From positions 18,042,001 through 18,106,000 of the forward strand of contig JBHGNT010000004.1 in NCBI GenBank assembly GCA_043228905.1: a DNA stretch of 64,000 nucleotides. The letters run 5' to 3'. Below the pieces are notes generated by a model, which did no database searches, was not told the DNA's origin, and was given only the letters and a program-made list of their open reading frames with translations. The DNA comes from Azolla caroliniana (Eukaryota > Plantae > Polypodiophyta). Positions 28,521 through 39,741 of the stretch are shown here, one piece after another; position 1 is the stretch's first letter; the number at the start of each line of letters is the position of its first letter. The translations under genes and the position numbers were made by a program.

Positions 28521-29654
28521 AATGGTTTAGGTTTCCATTCCTATAACCGAGCCTCTGTTACACCAATTACTGGTAGCACACGATCAATTTCAATCAACTC
28601 AGGTTCTGTCGGCACAATTTGTGTCCTTTTCCAGCTTCAAACCCCCGGTCGATTGTGTTGGGCTTGGCTTCACAATCTAGTGCTCTTGTGTTGTCGACTT
28701 AGTCATTGGCTCGGTGCATGTAGATACTGATCTGGTCGATATCAGCCCATTGGTATCACATGCTGCATCTACCTACAAAATCAGATCATCTGTGCAACAT
28801 GCTTGATCAACTTGCATGACTAGATCATTTGTGTCAAATACTACATCTACTTTCAAGATGTGGCCCTCTAAACACGCAGCAACATCAACAGTTTCCACAC
28901 TCACAAAGTAACTAACAGTCTCACAAAACAACATAATGAACATGAAATATTTTCCATCATAGAACAACATGAACATAATTATCTTGGAGAAATATCATAG
29001 AGTTCCATTACATAATGTCCAACAACCAATCCGAGGTTTTTCTTGTCCAAATAGATCATAGTAAAACTTCATATAACCCTAGGAAAATCGCTAACAATCA
29101 TATCCCACTAATAAGTATTTCACTCCAATTCAAGAGCCCCATGACCGAGTAACTGGTCTTGTCCCCAATCGTGGCCCCTTCTTCAGCCTTTTTCTAGCCA
29201 GTTGCCCATTTAGCCTTGCTTCTTTGACCCATTGTGCAAGTGTGTCCTCCAACAACCTTTCCATCACCTCAACAGCGGCTTGCAGGTCAGTCGCGTCTTG
29301 CACTAGCTTTTCCAGTACAATGGGATCTATTTGGACATTATCAGTAGTTGGGTTCAGTGGGGTGGAATCAAGGTTTCGGGATTCGAAGAAATGTTGCATC
29401 AAGTGTTCAAAAACACTATTGTTGTGAACCTAAGATTTACATGTTGTTTCCAATATTTCATGGCTTTTCACATCATTGCCTAATTCATTACCATCTTCCA
29501 AAAAGAATAGGGTGGAGCGGATCTGAAGGAGATGTGATTGCAGGACTCTTACTTTCAGCCACGTTGGCATCTATCTGCTCATCGGTTGCAACGTCATCAA
29601 CACCAGACACCTCATGCGCCCTCCTTAATCCACAAGATTCTACAACAACATGGT

Positions 29655-30695
29655 CGCTAATTAGCTACACCTTAGCTAACTAGCTATTCTTTTAGACTAT
29701 CACAATAGCTAATAAGCTACCACTGAGCTAATTAACTACTTTGCTTAGGTATGGTACTAGCTAATTAGCCACTATAACTAAAGTATCGTAGTAGCTAATT
29801 AGCTACTGTACTAACTATGGTAGTAGCTAATTAGCTACCACTTAGCTAATTAGCTACTCAGCTAAACTATGGTAGTCGCTAATTAGCTACTGTACTAAAG
29901 TATGGTACTAGCTAATTAGACATATAACAAAAGTATGGTAGTAGATAATTAACTCCCACTTAGGTAATTAACTACTGTACTAAACTATGGTAGTACCTAA
30001 TTAGCTAAGTGGTATCTAATTAGCTACTACCATACGTTACCTGAGTAGCTAATTAGCTAAGTGGTAGCTAATTAGCTATTACCATACGTTAGCTAAGTAG
30101 CTAATTAGGTAAGTGGTAGCTAATTAGCTACTCTGCTAAAGTATAGTAGTAGCTAATTAGCTACCATTTAGCTAATTAGCTACTGTATTAAACTATGGTA
30201 GTAGCTAATTAGCTACTCAACTAACGTATGGTAGTAGCTAATTAGCTACCACTTAGCTAATTAGTTATTGTACTAAACTATGGTAGTAGCTAATTAGCTT
30301 GCACTTAGCTAATTAGCTACTCAGCTGAAGTATGGTAGTAGCTAATTAGCTACTGTACTAAACTATGATAGTAGCTAATTAGCTACTCAACTAAAGTATG
30401 GTAGTAGGTAATTAGCTACGGTACTAAACTTTGGTAGTAGCTAATTAGCTACTGAGCTAAAGTATTGTAGTAGCTAATTAGCTACCACTTAGCTAATTAG
30501 TTACTCAACTAAAATGTGGTAGTAGATAATTAGCTATTGTACTAAACTATGGTAGTAGCTAATTGGCTACCACTTAGCTAATTAGCTACTCAGCTAAAGT
30601 ATGGTAGTAGCTAATTAACTACATGTTAGGTAATTAGCTACTACACTACAACCATAATAGCTAAATAGTTTCCACACTTTATACAGCTAAATTAG
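29655..30695. repeat. ~1 kb array of palindromic TAGCTAATTAGCTA units with an internally inverted block
   Basis: Palindromes alternate with two recurrent linkers (ccact; ctgtactaaactatggtag or ctcagctaaagtatggtag). The segment at ~29995-30120 carries the linkers in reverse-complement orientation (agtgg, ctaccatacg). Confidence 0.92.
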
Positions 30696-30744
30696 CAAAG
30701 ATGGAACAAATTAGCTACACAATGGTCACAAGCAACAATTTTAC

Positions 30745-31089
30745 CTGTGTGTTTTCTCCACTCATCTGGGAGAGTTGTATTGCAATCCCCCAAACAGAAT
30801 GTAGCAATGCGATAGGCATATTGAAAACAAACAATATGGTATGTGTGCGAGCATGGTTGTAGGTGAACCAACAGAGTAGCAGGTTTGTCCTCTACACGTA
30901 ATCCACAAGCGATGCAATGTGCTTGAAGAGTCAATATATCGTTTCCTGGTTCTCCTTCATTTGGTAAGGGAGCAAGAATGTTCAGGTCCAATTCTTGTCT
31001 GCTCCTTACCATCCCCTCTGCAAAATGTAGTTGCTTCTTATGGCAACTAACTACATGTTCTTGATGGGAGTATTGTTCCTTCAACACAG
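30745..31089 (-). CDS. RING-H2 zinc finger exon of the transposon cargo gene (probably pseudogenised)
   Basis: CIAC...PCSHTYHIVC...CLGDC fits the C3H2C3 RING-H2 spacing. A minus-strand donor CAG|GTAA sits at 30745/30744. Confidence 0.65.
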
Positions 31090-31384
31090 CTGAGAAATTT
31101 ACCGATTAATTATTCCTTAATGAGGAAGGTACAACAACAAGAAACAAGAATCATTAACTTATAGCTTTTCCAAATTGTAATCAACGACAATATTTACACC
31201 TAGAAGGTCCAGGTTCATTGAAAGAACCTAGATCTCTGTCTACAATTGAATTTTCCGTTGGGGATCTAGCGACCCCTCAATTTCAAGTTCATGTTGAGCA
31301 ACTTGTTCCAGATAATGCCTCAGTAGCACATTTTCATGTACAAGTTATTCATAACATATTACATACTAGCAAAACAATAGGTAC

Positions 31385-32066
31385 CTGAATCTTATTTCTG
31401 ATTGTTGTCACTACCAAAGTGACTTTGCTCTCTATCGTAGAAGCCAATGTTGCTTTCTCTAAATCAGCCTTAAAAAACTCCAATGTCTCACAGGCTTCAT
31501 GGACATTTTTTAGCATATAGCTAATAAATGTCTCACCTGTATCATCGACATTGGCTTTCATTATGTGTCGGTGTGGCATATACTTGTGGGTCTGTTGGGA
31601 GTCAGTAGTTGCATCATCAACTGCCATGCTCCAAAATCTTGCCATTTTTTGTTGCAAGCTCCCCATCTTCTGACATCTTTCTATCGATGCCTCACCATCA
31701 ATTGCCCAAGCTACCCTGTACATTTCAGGGTCACGAGATTCCTTCGTTGTTTTGCAATGCTCATATGCAAAAGCTCTAGCAAATGAAACGGACAACTCGT
31801 TGTTGCTCGGGATCTCTTGATGTACTTTTTGGTGTAGTCTCATGCAGTTGTAGTACAGGTCCGGTCGTACATGCTTGAGCTTGAGCTTGCCTTTCACTCT
31901 ATGCACTTTATATACTAACATCCAGTCTACATCACTAATCAGTCTATCTGTTAGAACAACAGGGTCAATACCCTCGAGCGGTAGACCATATATGTTGTGA
32001 AAGTCCTCCTTTGTCTCGCAAAATTTTGTGAAGTTTAGCACTCTAGGATAGGGAGGAACAAGCCAC
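31385..32066 (-). CDS. Upstream exon of the cargo gene, uncharacterised domain
   Basis: Open ~227-codon exon bounded on the minus strand by acceptor TTTCAG (32067) and donor CAG|GTAC (31385). Contains LHQKVHQEIPSNNELSVSFARAF...VAWA. Family not recognised with confidence. Confidence 0.5.
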
Positions 32067-32987
32067 CTGAAATAGAAAATCAGTAATTAGAATTGGTGCA
32101 AAAACAAAAATTTTAATGTGAATTTGGTGCAAATTTACAACACTTTGAGACAGTAATCTAAAATTTGTAATCTGTCCTTTTCAACATGTATGAGAAATCA
32201 ACCACTTAAAAAATTAGAAACCCTAATCATAATTTACATGAGAATTGGTGCAAAATTACAACACATTGCGACAGTAATTAGAAATTTGTAACCAGAAACT
32301 TGTAATCAGAAACCCTAAACCTTAATCATCACTAAAGGCAGAAATCAACTGACTATGATATTCTGTCAATCAGAAACACACATGTTGCTACACCCCGATC
32401 TTCGAGACATCCTTGTTTGGGACTCCAACAACATCGCCCTATTCGATTTTTGGGAAAGATGAACAGGCACCAAAGTTACAAACAGTTATCAGAAAGGAAA
32501 AAAAAAGTTTTTTCAATATGTAACTAATACATACCTAGACGAGGATCGACTTGCTCATGCGTTGTAGCTTTGAAGGTGCAATGTCAATCTCAGAGTTTTT
32601 GTGGTGTTTCGGCGGCTTCGTCTACGTTCATGCTCTCAAAGTACACCATCTGTTTGGAGTTCGAACTCGAACTCAAGATTATCAAGAATTTGATGACATT
32701 CAAGTGGACCTTAGATGATGACACTATTCCCCATGTTCCACTACGTCAAAAACCAAAGTTCAAATATTTGAGTATTCTCATAAATTAAATGACATGTATT
32801 TAACTAATAAAACATAAAATTTGGTAAACCATCCTTATGATTTTCCCACAAAAAACTAGCTAATTAGTTGTGGCCATTTTAGTAGCTAATTAGCTATAAT
32901 AGTTTTTCCACTCGCATGGTTTTACCCTTAGCAGTTAACTAGCTATAATAGTGTTTCTATTCCCATGCTTTTACCCTAGACTGATTT

Positions 32988-33574
32988 TGTAATGTACCTC
33001 CCCCTCCTTGGGTTATAAAGGGAGGGTTTTTGAGTCTGTTACCCAATTTTGTTGTTCGTCGTTTGTCTATCTCTCAAGGTTTGGGGTTCTGTTTTGATAT
33101 TTAGGTTTAAAGCTTTTCTCTTAGTTTGGCTCGGGGCTTGTATGCTCTAAGAGTTCCGATTTTCTACTGCCTCTTTTGATTGGGGCCTCTACTCGTGGCA
33201 GCGAGCTCGAGAGCTCCCCGATTGGAGGCTTGCTTACAGTTACTCGGTTCCTTTTGGTCCGGCTCGAAGCCGGATATGTATTCAGTTGCTCATGTATATA
33301 TTTTGCTGTGCATAACAATCTCTGTGTGTGTCGGAGGTGTCCTCTCCTTTCTGGTTTCTGTGAACGAGGTGGGTGCGAGTGTGTGCACACGCGTATGTCT
33401 CTCTCTCTCTCTCTCTATTGCATCTGGCATGGTTGACAAGGACGACCTAGTTGGTGTCCTAGCCGGAGTGATCGCTCCCGGAGAAGATCGGTCCTTTCGT
33501 ATTTGTCTCTCCCTGGTTAAAGGCCCCGATGGTCCCGCCCCAGATCCGACAAATACCTGCAGATTTCCGTGACA
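32988..33574 (+). mobile_element. LTR fragment
   Basis: TATA-like GGTTATAAAG near 33012, a (CT)n tract, and an end at ...TTTCCGTGACA abutting Gypsy integrase sequence. The left boundary is uncertain. Confidence 0.5.
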
Positions 33575-33723
33575 CCACAAGTGAATGGCTTAGCCGAGTC
33601 AACCAATAAAACATTGCAAAACATCCTAAAGAAAATCGTGAATGAAAATTGAATGGATTGGGATCATAAACTACAAAGTGCTCTCTGGGCATATCGCACA
33701 ATGTATAAATCAAGCATACAATC

Positions 33724-36700
33724 TGTTGGAAGACAGGTCCCTCCGGATGGGAAGGGAGAAGAACAGTGCCGATGAACGAACTCGGCCGAGGCCGAAACCG
33801 TATGAGGAGGACCCAGCTACGGAGAGCCGGATGATACAGACCTGGTGAAGACCGGATGAGGAGTACCCGGCTACGGAGAGCCGGATGATACAGACCCGGT
33901 GAAGACCGGATGAGGAGTACCCGGCTACGGAGAGCCGAATGATACAGACCCAGTGAAGACCGGATGAGGAGTACCCGGCTACGGAGAGACGGATGGTGCA
34001 GACCCGGTATGAACCGGATGAAGAGACATATTCGTAAATATGTTTTCTGAGAGTTCATTGAGGCTATATTTGTAAATAGCCGAAAAGTCATATTAGTATA
34101 AATATGACTTAGGGCAAACTTTTAGTAACTGTTGGTGTTATTGTTATTCACTTGTTGGTGCAAGAGAAGAGAGAGTGCGTAACTGTACAGAGAGAGAGAG
34201 AGAGAGAAAGAGGTCGTTGCCTCTGTTGTAACCGCCGCCTGTGGCGAAGATCTGTGAGCACGAGGTCATTGCCTCAGTGAACTCACTATTGTACATTCTT
34301 ACATAGTGACAGTTTGCAGCCTGTGGGCTGCCGTGGTTTTTCCCCTAGTTTGGGGTTTTCCACGTAAACCTCCTGTGTATCTTCCTCTTCTTTGTGTCGT
34401 GCATTTATTTCCCGTTTTCTGTGTATCATTCTAAGCTCGGTTGTGGCTGAGCGTTGCGCATAAGGAGCGCTTGGTTCCCGTCAAGTGGTATCAGAGCAAG
34501 GTTCGACACAGAAAATGGACGAATCGTTTGGCGGCATGTTCAAGCTCACCGGCTCCAACTATTTAGTGTGGAAGTCGAAGATGAGGGACATGCTCGTGGT
34601 TAAAGACCTTTGGCTGCCGGTTTAGTTCGGGGACAAGAGACCGGACAAAATCGACGCCGCGATATGGGAGGTGATGCACATGAAGACAACGGCGTACATA
34701 CGGTGCTTCATCGACATGAGCCTCTACAACAACTTCAATGAAGAGAGCAAGGCTCATGAGCTCTGGGAGAAGATCAACATAATGTTTCAGAACAAAAATG
34801 CTGTCAATCAGGTGTCGGTATTCCGGAAGCTAGTAAGACTCCGGTACCAAGATGGCTCCAGCATGGTAGAGCACATGAATGCCTTCCAGGGGCTGATCCA
34901 CCAGGCTACTTCATTGGAAGTACCTCTCGCCGATGAGGTACTAGCGCTACTCCTGCTCGGTTCCCTCCCGGATAGCTGGGAGACGTTGGTTGTCACTTTG
35001 GGCAACGCCGGGCCGGAAGGAAAACGGTTATCCCTAGCAAGAGTAAAGTCGAGCTTGCTAGATGAGGAGGCGCGTCGGAAGGATAAAGATACGAGCTCCG
35101 ACTCCAAAGCGCTCCTTACCGAATCAGAACGCGGAAGACATAGAAACCATAGTCCCCAGAACCGGGAGAAGTCGGGGACACGGTCAAAGTCAAGGGGGAG
35201 GCCTACTTGCTTCTATTGCGGCAAGCCGGGACACTTCCAAAAGAACTGTCGGCATTTCCGTAAAGACAAGGAAACCGACGGTACCGATTCGAAGCAAACC
35301 CCGGACCGGAACGGTAAAGACCGGAACGGTAAAGATCGGAGGGGGCCGGACCGGAAGGGAATGACGGCAATCGCGGCAAGTGAAGAGGAGTTGATGCTCA
35401 TCACCGAGGAGAGTGAGATAAACCTTGCCGGCGACGAGATGACCTGGGTGGTAGACTCCAGAGCGTCGTTCCACCTTACCCCGGACCGGAAATGCTTCTC
35501 ATCCTATTCAGCCGGTGATCACGGCTGTGTCCGGATGGGGAATGAAGGAACATGCCGAATTGTCGGCATAGGAGACGTGTGGCTGACAACACCAACCGGA
35601 TGCAAGTTGCTACTGAAGGACGTCCGACACATTCCGGAAGTTCGTCTGAACCTGATATTAGCCGGTCGGCTAGATGATGAAGGCTACACGGGTAGCATCC
35701 AGAACGGTGTCATGAAGTTCAGCAAAGGGAGCCTCATTGTGGCTCGGGCCCGGAAGGTAAACACGTTGTACCTGATGAATGCCCGGTTATGTTCGGAAGA
35801 AGTGAACGTGGCATCCGACACTGCCGGTGAGCTGTGGCACAAGAGGTTGTGTCACATGAGTGAGAAGGGGATGAAGAGGCTTGCAGACGACAACCTCATT
35901 CCAGTGAAGAACGTGCACTTAGAGAAGTGCACTGATTGTCTGGCCGGGAAACAGAACCGGACCTCCTTCCGACCAAGGCCACCGATGAGACGTAATGCAC
36001 CACTGGAGTTGGTGCATACAGATGTGTGTCAGGTAGACACGAAGTCACATGCCGGAGCGCAATACTTCGTGACTTTCATAGATGACCACAGCCGGAAGCT
36101 GTGGGTCACACCGTTGAAGATGAAGGATCAGGTGTTATTCGTCTTCAAAGAGCTCCACGCGAGAGTGGAAAGAGAAACCGGCCGGAAGCTGAAGGCGGTT
36201 CGAGCAGATAACGGAGGAGAGTACCGGGGGCAGTTCGAGGAGTACTGCCGCTCGAAGGGAATCCGGCTCGAATTTACCGTGCCGAAGACGCCGGAACTAA
36301 ACGGACTGGCCGAGAGGATGAACCGGACCATAATGGAGAGGGTCCGGAGTATGCTAGCGCATGCAAAACTACCCAAGAAGTTTTGGGTTGAGGCACTGTC
36401 GACGGCGACATACGTGATAAATAGATCACCCTCAGTACCCTTGGACGGAGACACGCCACAGAGAGTGTGGACCGGTAAGGAAGTATCCTACCGGCATCTG
36501 AAGGTGTTCGGGTGTCTCGCGTACGTGCATGTAGCTAAGGACCGGAGAGGAAAGCTAGATCCAAAGAGCCGGCCATGCATATTCCTCGGTTACGGTGACG
36601 ATGAGTTTGGCTACCGAGTGTGGGACCTGGTCGACAAGAAGGTATTCCGGAGTCGAGATATTATCTTCATGGAGAACAAGACGCTCGCCGACTGGGAGTC

Positions 36701-37388
36701 GGAGAAGAAGATAATGAACTCTGAGTCGACCGGTAAGGATAGACTCTACGATGAGCAGACCCAACCGGCAAGAGACCGGTTAGCACTCGAGGAACCAGCC
36801 GGCTACGGTGAGGATACCGAACCGACAGAAGAAGAAGTAGAGGAAGCTGAGATCGGAACCGACCAAGACCCCGAATCGGATTCGGATGAAGAGCAAATGG
36901 AGGAGCCGGTTACCGAAGCCCGAAGACGTAGATATCCTCTCAGAGAGAGAAGGGCCCCCCGGAGATTTCCAGATGTAGAGCATGTTCTATTGACCGATGA
37001 GGGGGAGCCGGAAAGCTTCGAAGAAGCGAAGGTAGACACCCACAACAAAAAATGGTTAAGTGCTATGCAGGATGAGATGGATTCCCTGCATGAGAACCAT
37101 ACGTACGAATTGGTGGAGTTGCCGAAAGGAAAGCGGGCACTCTGAAACAAGTGGGTGTACAAGTTGAAACCGGGAGATGCCGGAAACCCCCCGAGATACA
37201 AAAGTTCCAGCAGAAGAAGGGCGTGGACTTCGACGAGATATTTGCCCTGGTAGTAAAGATGACCTCCATCCGGACGGTGCTGAGTATAGTGGCAAGCATG
37301 GACCTCGAGGTAGAGCAGCTAGACGTGAAGACGACGTTCCTTCACGGCGACCTCGAAGAGGAGATCTACATGCGTTGGGTTCCCGTCA
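33724..37388 (+). mobile_element. Ty1/Copia retrotransposon with internal 3' deletion and 5-bp TSD CAATC
   Basis: 5' LTR 33724-34483, PBS TGGTATCAGAGC 34486-34497, gag (CFYCGKPGHFQKNC), protease (WVVDSRAS), integrase and the start of RT. The element then jumps to the last ~15 bp of the LTR (GGTTCCCGTCA, 37388). CAATC flanks both ends (33719-33723 and 37389-37393). Confidence 0.93.
33798..34020 (+). repeat. 54-bp tandem repeat (~4 copies) in the LTR U3 region
   Basis: Unit ccggatgaggagtacccggctacggagagccggatgatacagacccggtgaaga. Confidence 0.9.
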
Positions 37389-37464
37389 CAATCTAATCCT
37401 TTTTGGGTCGCATTTGGCTTGGAGACAGTTACGCTATAGAATTTTAAGTGTCGAGTCTGCGCGT

Positions 37465-39741
37465 TGTCGTGTTGTTACGCTCTCACGTATGAAATAAGGC
37501 GGGACCGCGGGAGCCCTAAACCGAGGAGTGTGAGAGAGAAGAGGGAGAGAGGTTCGCCAAAACACAGAGAGATAGAAAATGAAAGAATCAATTCCAATAA
37601 CAATATAGATTACATAGCTTGCAATGTTAAAACCAGCAAGCCGGTGACAGACTCAACACAGGAGAAAACCCGCACTGAAATACGCAGTGGAGCCGCTACC
37701 GGAAGCACACGGGCTTTCACGCAGTAGAGGTAACCAACCTAACCCAAAATTCCTGCAGAAGCAACAACGATAGTGGAGGAGAGAGCTCGGTTCCTAGTCC
37801 GACAACACTTCGTGCTCTAAATGCGTGATCCCCACTCACCCTCTTTTCCCCTCCTTTTATAGCACAAGGAGAGAGCTGTTACAGATTGTTACATCACTTT
37901 TATTCTATGTCCTTCCGGACAGAGATCCTCTTCGATCCCCTACCTAACGAATTCGTGCTACCTAGGATAATTACATTGCTGACCTGTACTTAACTATGTA
38001 AATACACCAAAACATGTGCCCGTGTGTAAGGGCCGGTTCACACACACTATCCACTGATTCCTCCTAGGGATGGTTTTCTCCACAACATCCACCCCCACCT
38101 AACCGCGCATCCTCCGGTATACGCCAAAAAATAGACTTCTGCCGGAGAAGACCGGCCCTAGATTATCTTTCACTCTCCGGTTCGCCACCCGCTTCGAACT
38201 GGTCATCGTCGCTATCCATGCCCTCTAGGTCCAGTTCATCCTCGTGCCCCTTCTTGAACGCCTTGATCCTTTTCCCGGCCATCGGCACAACTATTCTCGT
38301 TCCGTTGAGCTCCGCGAGATGGTAGGTGCCGTTGTCTTTGGCGTGTGTCACCGCGTAAGGCCCGAACCACCTCCTCGCAAACTTCTACATTGCCTTGTGC
38401 TGGTTGTTGAGGCTGTTGTCGTACACCAGAACACAGTCACCTTCCTTGATTTTCCTTGGCCATAGTTGGTGAGTTCGGTCAAATCGCCCCTTGTTCTTTG
38501 TCCTTGCTGCACGCAACTTCGCCGTTGCCCGTTCCACGTCCTCCAGTCTTCGCTCGAGCTATTGGATTCACGCCGCTGATAGCTCCTCCCGGCTCATCTC
38601 ATCTCTCCAGTCCACTGTGGCCCATGAGGAGATCGTTCGCTCTATAGGCATGATCGGCTTTTGCCCGTACATCAGCTCCGCCGGCATGAACCCAGTTACC
38701 GAATTGTGCGTAGTTCGGTCTGCCCAAAATGCGTAGGGTAGGAGCTCGCGGCCAATTCCCGACTTGGCCTCCGCAGGCCCATACCAACGCTTTTACGATT
38801 GGCCCGTGTCCACGTTCCACCTTCCCGTTTGCCTCTAGATTGTACGCCCTGGTGAGGGAGAGTTTAACCCCTAACCGTTCAAACAACTCTTCGGCCTCTT
38901 GTGCATCCAGTTCTCCACGGTCTGCAACGATCTTTCCTACGCACCCGTACCGACATACCACTTCCTCGATTAGGAACCGACACACGGCCATGATCGTCTT
39001 GTTTGGTAATGCTTGGGCCTCCAGCTGGTTCGTCAGATCCTCTCATGCCAACACCAGGTATCGCATCTGCCCTACTCCCATCGATATCATCACTAGATCC
39101 ACCATCCACTTGAAGTGGACACTCGGCGGGTAAGTCGGGTGCAGCTCGTCCTGATGTCAGATTATGGAATGCATCTGACAGCTTTCGCAAGTCGTTACGA
39201 ACCGATGCACGTCATGGTATAGTCCTGGTCGCCAGTACTTCTCCTTCAGCTTCTCGAACGTGGCCCATGTCGTATAGATTACAGAGCTTGCAATGTTACA
39301 ACCGGAAAGCCAGTGATAGACTCATCACAGGAGAAAACACGCACTGAAATACGCAGTGGAGCCTCTATCAGAAGCACACGGGCTTTCATGCAGCTGAGGC
39401 AACCAACCTAACCCAAAATTCCTGCAGAAGCAACATCGATAGTGGAGGAGAGAGTTCGGTTCCCAGTCCGACAACACTTCATCCTCTAAATGCGCGATCC
39501 CCACTCACCCTCTTTTCCCCTCCTTTTATAGCACAAGGAGAGAGAGTTGTTACAGACTGTTACATCACTTTTATTCTCTGTCCTTCCAGACAGAGATCCT
39601 CTTCGATCCCCTACCTAACAAATTCATGCTACCTAGGATAATTACATCGCTGACCTATACTTAACTATGTAAATACATCAAAACATATGCCCGTGTGTAA
39701 GGGCTGGTTCATGCACACTAGGGACGGTTTTCTCCACGACA
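37465..39741 (-). mobile_element. Internally deleted Ty3/Gypsy element: two LTR copies flanking an integrase fragment
   Basis: LTR 37465-38087 (TGTCGTG...CACAACA) with PPT at 38088-38100. Integrase fragment YGCVGKIVADRGE...EANGKVERGH. Partial LTR copy 39273-39741. Flanks are GCGT/ACGT. Confidence 0.85.

Noticed and set aside
29655-30695. CRISPR-like appearance (palindromic repeat with spacers)
   Set aside because: The linkers are themselves repeated rather than unique, the repeat is only 14 bp, there are no cas genes, and the context is eukaryotic and intronic.
33459-34091. 210-aa minus-strand ORF with repeated LRSRVLLIRSS
   Set aside because: It arises from the 54-bp LTR tandem repeat read antisense.
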